Below are positions 8,758-16,561 of a stretch of DNA of 32,000 nucleotides, one piece after another. The translations under genes were made by a program, and so were the position numbers. The stretch spans positions 1 through 32,000 of the forward strand of contig DAOVER010000028.1 of assembly GCA_030668875.1 (NCBI GenBank). The letters are read 5' to 3'. Below the pieces are notes generated by a model, which did no database searches, was not told where the DNA came from, and was given only the letters and a program-made list of their open reading frames with translations. Position 1 is the first letter of the stretch. Each line of letters starts with the position of its first letter. This DNA comes from Candidatus Heimdallarchaeota archaeon (GTDB taxonomy: Archaea; Asgardarchaeota; Heimdallarchaeia; Heimdallarchaeales; Heimdallarchaeaceae).

Positions 8758-10383
8758 TTAATGGTAAATATGCTTGTCCTCATATATTTTAGTTTTAAAA
8801 TGTTTTTTTGTTATTGCCATGAAAGGCAAGCAAAATGTTAGAGTAAAACCAACCAAAGCGAACAACAAAAAGAAGAAATTTCGATAATAAGGTGCAGGAA
8901 GATAACAAAAACTTAGAGTATAATAGTAACATAATTGTTGTAAAATCGAATCAACTGTCAGATACAAGAAGAATAAACCAGCGACAGTATATATAGATGC
9001 AATACGGAAAATTGGTATCTTCTTATTCCACATTGTTTTGCCTGGAATAAGCTTGTTTTGACCAATTAAGCCTCTAAATGCTGGGATAATGTAAAAGGGT
9101 GAAATCATACTACCAAAGGATAGGAAAAATGGTATGTGCCAATATTTCAGTGGAAAGGAAGCTGAATTCATTGAATATATTGTAGTTGCTGTTATTGTAG
9201 CTAGATAAATTATAGCTGTTAACGCTGTAATTATTATTAACCAGATATGACCTAAATCCCATGCCCTAACTAATGGAATTCTTGCAAAGTAAATGATACC
9301 GTAAAGAACACTTAATGTGTAAAATGAAGTTGCTCCAACCACAAGAAATGAAGAAAAAGCAATGTCAATTGCTTGTTGCAATTTTATTTTTCTCTGAAAA
9401 ACAAGTTTAACCAATCTACCTGCATAATCAAACATAGCTCCAGATTGACCAGTAAACCATCTGAACGATTGTGAAATCTGATGAGCCATAGTATCTGGAA
9501 CTAAAGACATAGATCCTATCTCATCTAAGAAATATCCTTTCTTATTGTTGAAAATTAAATTCAAGGATAAATCATAATCTTCTGTCATTTTTTCTTCAGG
9601 TATTGGAAAACAATCTTCTCTTCGAAAAATTGCTGTTGTACCATTATAGAGAACTGTGTTAATTTTCCTTCTAGCGTTTTCAGAACAAAAAGCTTGCATC
9701 AAACCCATAGCTTCCCAAATATGCAGACGATTTTCTACATTTCTGAAACCGAATTTTGCTTGAATAAAAGAATATTCTGGATACTGTTCCATAATAGCTA
9801 CAAATTTATCAAGAATTCCTGAAGTTGGGATATGATCAACATCGAAAAAAGCAATTAAGCTACCTTTGGTTTTGGGAATAACAATGTTTAACATACCAGA
9901 TTTGAAACGTTTATTATCTTCAAAATAATATTTTACATCATATTTCTCGCAAACTTTCTTACAAGCTAATCTTAGATCTTCATTTGGACTATCATCAGCA
10001 ACCCAAAGATCGAAATTTGGATATGTCTGAAGACTAAATCCTTTAATTGTTTCCTCTAAAACGCTCGCATGAACATTATGAATAGGAACGATTACACTAA
10101 CTTTTGTTTCACCAGTGATTTTATCAACATCATATGAAAATTCTCCGACTTTTAGAACTCCATCTATCAATTGTATTGCAAAATAAAGAGCGAAAACAAA
10201 CCCAAAAATCTCAACAAATAAAGCAAGTATGTTGAGTATTTGACCTCCTACAGTCAATGGTTCATGTGTACCAATGTCAAGTAAAATATTGATGAGAGAC
10301 CAAACTAAATATGCTGCAATGAAACAATACAATATAAAACCAATAAAGTGGTTCACTCTACTCCAGGATGTTCTTCGAATCAT
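8758..10383 (-). CDS. Processive cellulose-synthase-like GT2 glycosyltransferase, paralog B (541 aa)
   Basis: VADDS, RFKSGMLN, FFDVDH, MTED, QSFRW (QxxRW); colinear with paralog A at an offset of 1760 bp. Confidence 0.9.
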   Translation of the reverse strand: MIRRTSWSRVNHFIGFILYCFIAAYLVWSLINILLDIGTHEPLTVGGQILNILALFVEIFGFVFALYFAIQLIDGVLKVGEFSYDVDKITGETKVSVIVPIHNVHASVLEETIKGFSLQTYPNFDLWVADDSPNEDLRLACKKVCEKYDVKYYFEDNKRFKSGMLNIVIPKTKGSLIAFFDVDHIPTSGILDKFVAIMEQYPEYSFIQAKFGFRNVENRLHIWEAMGLMQAFCSENARRKINTVLYNGTTAIFRREDCFPIPEEKMTEDYDLSLNLIFNNKKGYFLDEIGSMSLVPDTMAHQISQSFRWFTGQSGAMFDYAGRLVKLVFQRKIKLQQAIDIAFSSFLVVGATSFYTLSVLYGIIYFARIPLVRAWDLGHIWLIIITALTAIIYLATITATTIYSMNSASFPLKYWHIPFFLSFGSMISPFYIIPAFRGLIGQNKLIPGKTMWNKKIPIFRIASIYTVAGLFFLYLTVDSILQQLCYYYTLSFCYLPAPYYRNFFFLLFALVGFTLTFCLPFMAITKKHFKTKIYEDKHIYH

Positions 10384-10405
10384 GAAGTGATTAAAAAAGA
10401 ATTGC

Positions 10406-10414
10406 TATTTAAAT
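10406..10414 (-). promoter_or_regulatory. Archaeal TATA box (TTTAAATA) of GT2 paralog B
   Basis: Lies 23-31 nt upstream of ATG 10383; position conserved with paralog A. Confidence 0.7.
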
Positions 10415-10490
10415 CTTGATACATAGATACTAAAAACAAATCCTCACAAAATCAACTAAGTTATAAATAACTAAATTCATGTTATTTAAG

Positions 10491-11276
10491 ATGGCAATTC
10501 CAGATAATCATCCTAGAGCAGAATCATTGCGAATACGCGAAAGAATCATAGAGGGTATGCATGAAAAAGTGGTTGCTGAAGCAGGACTAATAGCTCATGG
10601 TCGTGGGGAAGCTTACGATTATTTGTTAGGAGAAAAAACACCAAACTATGCTCAAAAGCAACAAGAGGTTGCAGTTGCTATGTTATTAACGTCAAAAAAA
10701 CCTGTGATTAGTGTTAACGGAAATATAGCAGCTCTCTGTCCAAAAGAAATAGTTCAGTTTGCTGAGACTACTAGAGCAGCACTTGAAATTAATTTATTCT
10801 ATAGAAGCGAGGAGAGAATTAAAGCAATTACTAGTGTTTTGAAAGAAGCGGGAGCAAAAACAATTCTTGGTGCTGATCCTGAATATCATGAGACTTTAGA
10901 AGAGATATCGCATTTAAGAAGAATAGTTGATATCAGAGGTATATATTCTGCCGATGTAGTTCTTGTTCCGCTTGAAGATGGAGACAGAACCATGGCACTT
11001 CGAAGAGCAGGTAAAAAAGTGATAACGGTTGACCTGAATCCCCTTTCTAGAACTTCTCTATGGTCTAATATCTCGATTGTTAATAATGTTACTAGAGCAA
11101 TACCAGAGATGATTGAGGAATCCTTTAAGCTAAAGGAGAAAAACTCTGATGAATTAAAAGATTTAATAAATGACTTTGACAATTATAAATCACTTCAAGA
11201 ATCGCTTAATTTCATGTCTTCAAGATTAAGAGATTTAGCTGAAGGAAAATTGGAAGACCCAACAAAAAACCTATGA
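10491..11276 (+). CDS. pps: 4-phosphopantoate--beta-alanine ligase (archaeal phosphopantothenate synthetase)
   Basis: IPDNHPRAESL, GLIAHGRGEAYDYLLGE, VISVNGN, LEINLFYR, VLVPLEDGDRT, VDLNPLSRT are signature motifs of the archaeal PPS family. ATG 10491 is preferred over 10479 because TTATAAAT at 10461-10468 gives typical spacing. Confidence 0.92.
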   Translation: MAIPDNHPRAESLRIRERIIEGMHEKVVAEAGLIAHGRGEAYDYLLGEKTPNYAQKQQEVAVAMLLTSKKPVISVNGNIAALCPKEIVQFAETTRAALEINLFYRSEERIKAITSVLKEAGAKTILGADPEYHETLEEISHLRRIVDIRGIYSADVVLVPLEDGDRTMALRRAGKKVITVDLNPLSRTSLWSNISIVNNVTRAIPEMIEESFKLKEKNSDELKDLINDFDNYKSLQESLNFMSSRLRDLAEGKLEDPTKNL

Positions 11277-11286
11277 GTTGTAAAAA

Positions 11287-12090
11287 ATGATTAAGAAAGT
11301 TACTATAAAAAATCTTCAGAAAATGAAGGAGGAAGGAGAAAAAATCACTATGATTTCAGTTTATACCTATCCTTTGTCTAAGATAATAGATCAGATGGGT
11401 ATTGACACTATTTTAGTTGGAGATTCATTAGGTATGACTATTCTTGGTTTTGAAGATACACTTAAGGTAACTTTAGAAGATATGATACGTCATACTCAAG
11501 CTGTTTCTAGAGGAGCAGAACGCGCTCTTGTGATTGGTGATTTACCCTTTCTTTCCTACGGATTAAGCAAAGAAGAGACAATTAAACATGCAGGAATGCT
11601 AATCAAAGAAGGAAATTGCCAAGCGGTGAAATTAGAAGGTGGAGAAGAAAGAACAGAAGAGATTCAAGCACTTTTGGAAATCGGAGTTCCAGTGATGGGA
11701 CATATAGGTTTAACTCCAACTTATGTGAACAAATTCGGTGGATTCAAAGTACAAGGTAAATCACAAATAGCAGAAACCAAACTTCTAGAAGATGCTATCA
11801 AGCTGGAAGATGCTGGAGTATTCTCTATAGTTATAGAATCTGTCCCTTGGAAATTAGCCAAACAGATAACAGAAGAACTTACAATACCAACCATTGGAAT
11901 AGGAGCAGGTGAATACTGTGATGGTCAAGTTCTCGTAATTGATGACTTGATTGGGCTATCTCTAATTGATAAGCCAAAATTTGTTAAGAAATATGCTAAC
12001 GTCCAAGAAATTGTGAAGAAAGCAGTAAAGGATTTTATCAACGAAGTTAAAGAAGGAAAATATCCTTCAGAAGAATTTAGATATGGTTAG
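11287..12090 (+). CDS. panB: 3-methyl-2-oxobutanoate hydroxymethyltransferase (ketopantoate hydroxymethyltransferase)
   Basis: LVGDSLGM, AVKLEGG, MGHIGLTP, PTIGIGAG, DGQVLVIDD, PKFVKKYA. Confidence 0.97.
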   Translation: MIKKVTIKNLQKMKEEGEKITMISVYTYPLSKIIDQMGIDTILVGDSLGMTILGFEDTLKVTLEDMIRHTQAVSRGAERALVIGDLPFLSYGLSKEETIKHAGMLIKEGNCQAVKLEGGEERTEEIQALLEIGVPVMGHIGLTPTYVNKFGGFKVQGKSQIAETKLLEDAIKLEDAGVFSIVIESVPWKLAKQITEELTIPTIGIGAGEYCDGQVLVIDDLIGLSLIDKPKFVKKYANVQEIVKKAVKDFINEVKEGKYPSEEFRYG

Positions 12091-12984
12091 TTAGAGTTTC
12101 TTAACTGTTAAATTACATATTGTTTCTTGCACAAGGTTAGGATGATCAGGTAAGTCATCAGGATCTTTGTATAGGATAAATATTCCATCCCCTAACATTA
12201 TTTGACTAATAATGAGATTTTCAGTTTTATACCTATTCGTGAAATCTATAACATTTGGAGTGGCTAACATAGAAGAAATAGCGAATTGTTCAGAGGCTAG
12301 ACCAAAGTTCCTGATTGTTGGTTCATCGACTATTTCTTGGAGAAATAATTTACCTACACTGTTGATTTTTTCTTTCCATTTCTTATTCTTTATAATCGAT
12401 TTTGTGCTCATTTCACCAAAAGATAGAGTTGCCACCTTGTATTGATTACTGAGTAGGTTTTCTGCTTTTCCGATAAAAGGAGCACCTTCTAAGGTTCGGT
12501 ATTCCCAGCCTCCTTTGTGTAGTGCTAGAACATCTCCCAACCCCCCACCTTCAATAATTTCAGCAGTATGTGCAATTTGATATAGTTCTTGTTCATTCAG
12601 ACTAAGTTTCAATAGATCATTAAGTGCAAATGCACAGCTTAGAGCTCCAGATGCACTTGCACCATATCCAGCTGATAAAGGAATCTCAAATTCATGATGA
12701 ATTGAAACGCCAAATTCACCTCCATTATTTGATTGAGCTAATTTCATACAATGATTGAGTACATATCTTGAGATATTTGCGAGCTTTACATCTACTTCTT
12801 TTTTATTGAAAAAAAAGTGATTTTCATTATCCTCGGAAAATCTAACTGTTGTGGTTGTTCCTCGAGATATTGAAAATCCAGCTCCTCGGGATCCTCTTCT
12901 CAATGGGTCTATGTTTTCATCATAGATTGCAAAGAGACCCGAAATATGAGAAGCTACCCAATAGTTTGTCATTTGATCACTCAT
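12091..12984 (-). CDS. pok: Pantoate kinase (GHMP kinase family)
   Basis: HISGLF, GSRGAGFS, GHMP motif PLSAGYGASASG, AHTAEI..GGGLGDV, MLGDGIF; adjacent to pps/panB/panE. Confidence 0.88.
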   Translation of the reverse strand: MSDQMTNYWVASHISGLFAIYDENIDPLRRGSRGAGFSISRGTTTTVRFSEDNENHFFFNKKEVDVKLANISRYVLNHCMKLAQSNNGGEFGVSIHHEFEIPLSAGYGASASGALSCAFALNDLLKLSLNEQELYQIAHTAEIIEGGGLGDVLALHKGGWEYRTLEGAPFIGKAENLLSNQYKVATLSFGEMSTKSIIKNKKWKEKINSVGKLFLQEIVDEPTIRNFGLASEQFAISSMLATPNVIDFTNRYKTENLIISQIMLGDGIFILYKDPDDLPDHPNLVQETICNLTVKKL

Positions 12985-13958
12985 AACAACGATTTGAATT
13001 CTAAAATGGCTAATTCTTCAGGTTCACTTCTATCAGAGAGTGTTTTTATTATAGAAACAAGCTTAGAATTAATTGGTGCCTCTACATTTTCGCGTTTGCT
13101 GATTTCTAGAAATTTCCCATTAAGATAATCTATTTCAGTTTGAACGCCTTTTTCGAGATCCTGAAGCATAGAACATTTATTATCTGAAGTAGTTCGAGCA
13201 ATTTTATTAATAGTTTCAAGAGCATCTGATCTGGATATAGTCATCATATTTGCAAGAATTGCTATGAGTTCATCTACAATTCTTTCAATGAGATCTAGAA
13301 GTTGTTTGTCTTTGAGGATATCTCCGTTTTTCAGTTTTGTAATAGAACCAATAGGATTGATAGTCGAATTTACTATTGCTTTGAGATAGTAGTGATATGC
13401 AAAATTGTTATTCAAGTCTTCAGGAATTAAGGCTTCCAAACCTATAGATAACAACAATGTTTTCCATTTCTCTATTTCTTTAACATCAGTATAATTAATA
13501 ACTCCAAGTTTAGTTTCCCCGATAGCTATTTCAGTAACACACTCTTCACCTCGAAATGCACCTATAGATGATACTGCACGAGTAATCTTCCAATCTTTTT
13601 CTTTTTCAGTAAAAGGTTTCTCAACATCAATACCGTTTTGAAATAGCAAAATAGATGAATCATCATCCATATAATCGACTAGATAATCAGCTAAAACTTG
13701 ATTATTATATGCTTTTGTTGCTACAATACACTGCTTGAACTTGCTTTTTTCAGGAAGAAACTCATACACTTCTGCCTTATGTAATTTAGGAGCTTCATCT
13801 GAAATTAATTGGACAAATAATCCTCTTGTACTTATATCTTTGGTTCCTCTTTTGGAAGTCAAACATACTAGTGTTGCATTCTTTCTCTCTAAACGAGAAA
13901 AAAGTATAGAACCAATAGCTCCTAATCCAGCGATAAGAATTGTGTTTTTCCTACTCAC
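12981..13958 (-). CDS. panE: 2-dehydropantoate 2-reductase (ketopantoate reductase)
   Basis: GLGAIGS Rossmann motif, FQNGI, YLKAIVNSTINP, CSMLQDL, TEIDYLNG; GTG start; 4-bp ATGA overlap with pok. Confidence 0.93.
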   Translation of the reverse strand: MSRKNTILIAGLGAIGSILFSRLERKNATLVCLTSKRGTKDISTRGLFVQLISDEAPKLHKAEVYEFLPEKSKFKQCIVATKAYNNQVLADYLVDYMDDDSSILLFQNGIDVEKPFTEKEKDWKITRAVSSIGAFRGEECVTEIAIGETKLGVINYTDVKEIEKWKTLLLSIGLEALIPEDLNNNFAYHYYLKAIVNSTINPIGSITKLKNGDILKDKQLLDLIERIVDELIAILANMMTISRSDALETINKIARTTSDNKCSMLQDLEKGVQTEIDYLNGKFLEISKRENVEAPINSKLVSIIKTLSDRSEPEELAILEFKSLL

Positions 13959-14037
13959 AGAATAGAATAATTGTCAGCTTAATATAAGGTTTTTTTAGAG
14001 TTCACCTATTATATCATGAAATTAGAACCATTTATAG

Positions 14038-14082
14038 GTAAAATAAAAAATAAAAAATTAGAAATAGAAGAAAAAGGAAAAT
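14038..14082 (-). terminator. Pyrimidine/T-rich archaeal-type terminator downstream of ferritin
   Basis: The minus strand reads as T-runs (TTTTCCTTTTTCTTCTATTTCTAATTTTTTATTTTTTATTTT) directly after the ferritin stop. Confidence 0.5.
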
Positions 14083-14574
14083 TTATTCTTGTGACTCTTC
14101 TCTAACAACATGATGATCAAAATTGAAGTCGTTCTTGTAGCCTTTATACCTATCAATTAGAGCCATAGCGTTGTCTTCTTCCTCAACTTGTTCCTCAATG
14201 AACCATAGTAATAAGGGGAGAGTAGAGTATTCTTTGATTTCTTGTGCAAGTTCATATAATTCATTAATCTTACTTGTAATGAACTGCTCATGTTCCAATG
14301 TAGCTTCTAATATTTCCATAATATTAGACCAATCTTGTTTTTGTTCTCTCAATACGGGGTAATGTACTTTTCCTCCTCTTTCAAGTATATGAGATTTAAA
14401 CTTCATTGCGTGAGCAAATTCTTCTTTTGCTTGATTTGCAAACCAATCCGCTAGTTTAACTAGAGTTCTTTCTTCAAACCAGTTTGACATTCCTAAATAG
14501 ATATATGCTGATTCTAGCTCATCTCCAATCTGTTTATTGAGAGCTTCATTCATTTTCTCGCTGATATTTGCCAT
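14083..14574 (-). CDS. ftnA: Non-heme ferritin
   Basis: Four-helix-bundle ferroxidase ligands: ELESAYIY, QAKEEFAH, LEHEQFIT, WFIEEQVEEE; 163 aa. Confidence 0.93.
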   Translation of the reverse strand: MANISEKMNEALNKQIGDELESAYIYLGMSNWFEERTLVKLADWFANQAKEEFAHAMKFKSHILERGGKVHYPVLREQKQDWSNIMEILEATLEHEQFITSKINELYELAQEIKEYSTLPLLLWFIEEQVEEEDNAMALIDRYKGYKNDFNFDHHVVREESQE

Positions 14575-14720
14575 TGTTAAAACCTAACTTTATTCTGAGA
14601 TTTTATTAGAAAGAGTGTTTTTAAATAATAACATTGTGCAAGTTTTGTGTACACCTTAGAAACTTGAAGAAAAACGTTGATAGCCATAAATTTATTTAAA
14701 TCTTAGATAATTGATTATAT

Positions 14721-15953
14721 ATGTCACACCCATCAAGTTCAATCATTGGAACAGAAGGAAATGAGCTTCAGGATAAGGTAGTTATTCATTGTATAACAAG
14801 TTCGATTTCGTGTTTTCTTGCTCCCCAGATATCAAGAAAGTTGATGAGACATGGGGCTAGAGTTATTCCAGTCTTATCCCCAGAAGCAGCGAAGTTTGTA
14901 GACCCCATGATTTTTGAGTGGGCTACAGGAGAGGTTCCTATAACTGAAATCAAAGGTAAAGTTGAGCACGTAAAATATGCTGGTCTTGCTGAAGAGGGAG
15001 CAGATCTTATTTTAGTAGCTCCAATTACTGCCAATTCGATTTCCAAAATAGCTAATGGTATAATGGATACAGTTGTATCTTTAATGACAGGAACAGCTTT
15101 AGGAAATAAAATCCCGGTTATTATGGTTCCTACTATGCATGAAGTAATGATGCATAATCCAGCAATTGAAGAAAATATTGATAAACTGAAGAATATGGGT
15201 GTTATTTTTGTTAATCCTAGAGTAGAAGAAGAAAAAGCAAAAATTCCTGAAAATGATGAAATAGTTGATTTTTGCATTAAAGAGATTTACAGTAATTCGT
15301 TAAAAGGTAAGAAGGTTCTCATAAATGCTGGACCGACTCGAGCATATATTGACGGTATAAGGTTCATATCAAATCCTTCTTCTGGTAAAATGGGATATGC
15401 TTTAGCTTTAGAATCTTGGTGGAGAGGAGCTGAGGTTAAGTTAATTTATGGAACCACACTCTTACCACCACCGAAGGTTATTGAAGATAAAGTAAAGGTC
15501 ACATCAGCTCCTGAAATGTATGATCAAGTGATGAATGCACTCAAAGAAGACCAGTATGATTATGTTATTCTAGCAGCTGCAATGAATGATTTTGAACTTG
15601 AAGAAGTACGTAATGGGAAAATATCTTCTACATCAGATTTAGAGATTAAACTAAAACCAACTAAGAAATTAGCAGATGTAGTTAAGGAAACATCACCCAT
15701 TTCACAACTAATCCTTTTCAAAGCAGAGTATAAGAAATCAGATGAAGAGTTAAAAGAAATAGCAACAAAGCGTATGCAAAATGCTAATGCAGATCTGATA
15801 GTTGCTAACGATGTTTCAAAGAAGCAATATGGTTTTGAGAGCGATCTAAACAAGGTATTGATTATACCATTTGAAGGAGAATTTCAGGAGAAAGAAGGGA
15901 CTAAACTACAGATTGCTAAATGGATATTGGATGCAATTGAGAAAATAGAATAG
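14721..15953 (+). CDS. coaBC: Bifunctional phosphopantothenoylcysteine decarboxylase / phosphopantothenate--cysteine ligase
   Basis: APITANSISKIANG, PTMHEVM, NAGPTRAYIDGIRFISNPSSGKMG, AAAMNDF, LFKAE, IVANDV. Confidence 0.96.
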   Translation: MSHPSSSIIGTEGNELQDKVVIHCITSSISCFLAPQISRKLMRHGARVIPVLSPEAAKFVDPMIFEWATGEVPITEIKGKVEHVKYAGLAEEGADLILVAPITANSISKIANGIMDTVVSLMTGTALGNKIPVIMVPTMHEVMMHNPAIEENIDKLKNMGVIFVNPRVEEEKAKIPENDEIVDFCIKEIYSNSLKGKKVLINAGPTRAYIDGIRFISNPSSGKMGYALALESWWRGAEVKLIYGTTLLPPPKVIEDKVKVTSAPEMYDQVMNALKEDQYDYVILAAAMNDFELEEVRNGKISSTSDLEIKLKPTKKLADVVKETSPISQLILFKAEYKKSDEELKEIATKRMQNANADLIVANDVSKKQYGFESDLNKVLIIPFEGEFQEKEGTKLQIAKWILDAIEKIE

Positions 15954-15958
15954 ATCAT

Positions 15959-16429
15959 TTATTCAACATTTTTTCCTGAAAGATATATACTAGAAAATTG
16001 AAATCTAAAACTCTCTGGCAAATATTTTTTCAAGTTTTTCAAGTTTATGAACATCTTTGTAAAATGCTTTAAATCTTGATTTTCTATAGCTTCATCTAAT
16101 GTTATCCAATCAAACTCTGAATGTTCCCAATCAAGTTTAACATCTCCAGTGATGTATTTACAGTAGTAGGAGATGAAGACCATAGGAAACTCTTTACTAC
16201 CTCTATAAAAGAAACCAGTATCAACTGGCATTATAACTTCCACATCTAAACCAGTTTCTTCTTTAACTTCTCGCACAATTCCTACATTAGGAGATTCTTC
16301 AGCTTCTAATCTACCTGTGACAGTTTCCCAAGCATTAGGTCCAAAATCTCTTTCTGATGATCTCTTCATGATAAGATATTTCCCATCCTTTTCAATTAAA
16401 GCAGCCATCCCAACATAGACTTGTTTCAT
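15959..16429 (-). CDS. Nudix hydrolase (MutT-like)
   Basis: Nudix box GRLEAEESPNVGIVREVKEETGL; LDWEHSEFDWI. Confidence 0.9.
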   Translation of the reverse strand: MKQVYVGMAALIEKDGKYLIMKRSSERDFGPNAWETVTGRLEAEESPNVGIVREVKEETGLDVEVIMPVDTGFFYRGSKEFPMVFISYYCKYITGDVKLDWEHSEFDWITLDEAIENQDLKHFTKMFINLKNLKKYLPESFRFQFSSIYLSGKNVE

Positions 16430-16533
16430 ATCAGATTTTAAAATACAGTTATAATAAATTTTTGTCTTGTTGTCATACTAACTACCATTATATCAGTTTA
16501 AATGGACAGATCTAGGCGAATATTACGGGAGTT

Positions 16534-16541
16534 TTTATAAG
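16534..16541 (+). promoter_or_regulatory. TATA box (TTTATAAG) of tnpB
   Basis: Lies 21-28 nt upstream of ATG 16562, the same spacing as for host genes. Confidence 0.5.
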
Positions 16542-16561
16542 AATCTCTAGATAAAGAAAAG

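Larger units (their letters stand above)
6998..10414. repeat. Tandem gene duplication, unit offset 1760 bp
   Basis: Starts (8623/10383), stops (6998/8758) and TATA boxes (8646/10406) all differ by exactly 1760. 71 of the first 100 aligned residues are identical. Confidence 0.9.

Noticed and set aside
14575-14660. AACCTAA half-site and GTGTACAC palindrome upstream of ferritin, as a possible DtxR/Fur box
   Set aside because: Only one half of the DtxR-type consensus is present, and an 8-bp palindrome is expected by chance.
14721-15280. CoaBC decarboxylase domain lacking the bacterial LACG catalytic-clamp Cys (reads NPRVEEEKAKIP), as a possible inactive enzyme
   Set aside because: As I recall, this clamp variant is usual in archaeal CoaBC proteins and all other motifs are intact, so it is not evidence of pseudogenisation.
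15959-16429. Nudix as a dedicated CoA pyrophosphatase
   Set aside because: The NuCoA motif preceding the Nudix box (LLTxR..R...G..xFPGG) is not present; only adjacency to coaBC supports the idea.
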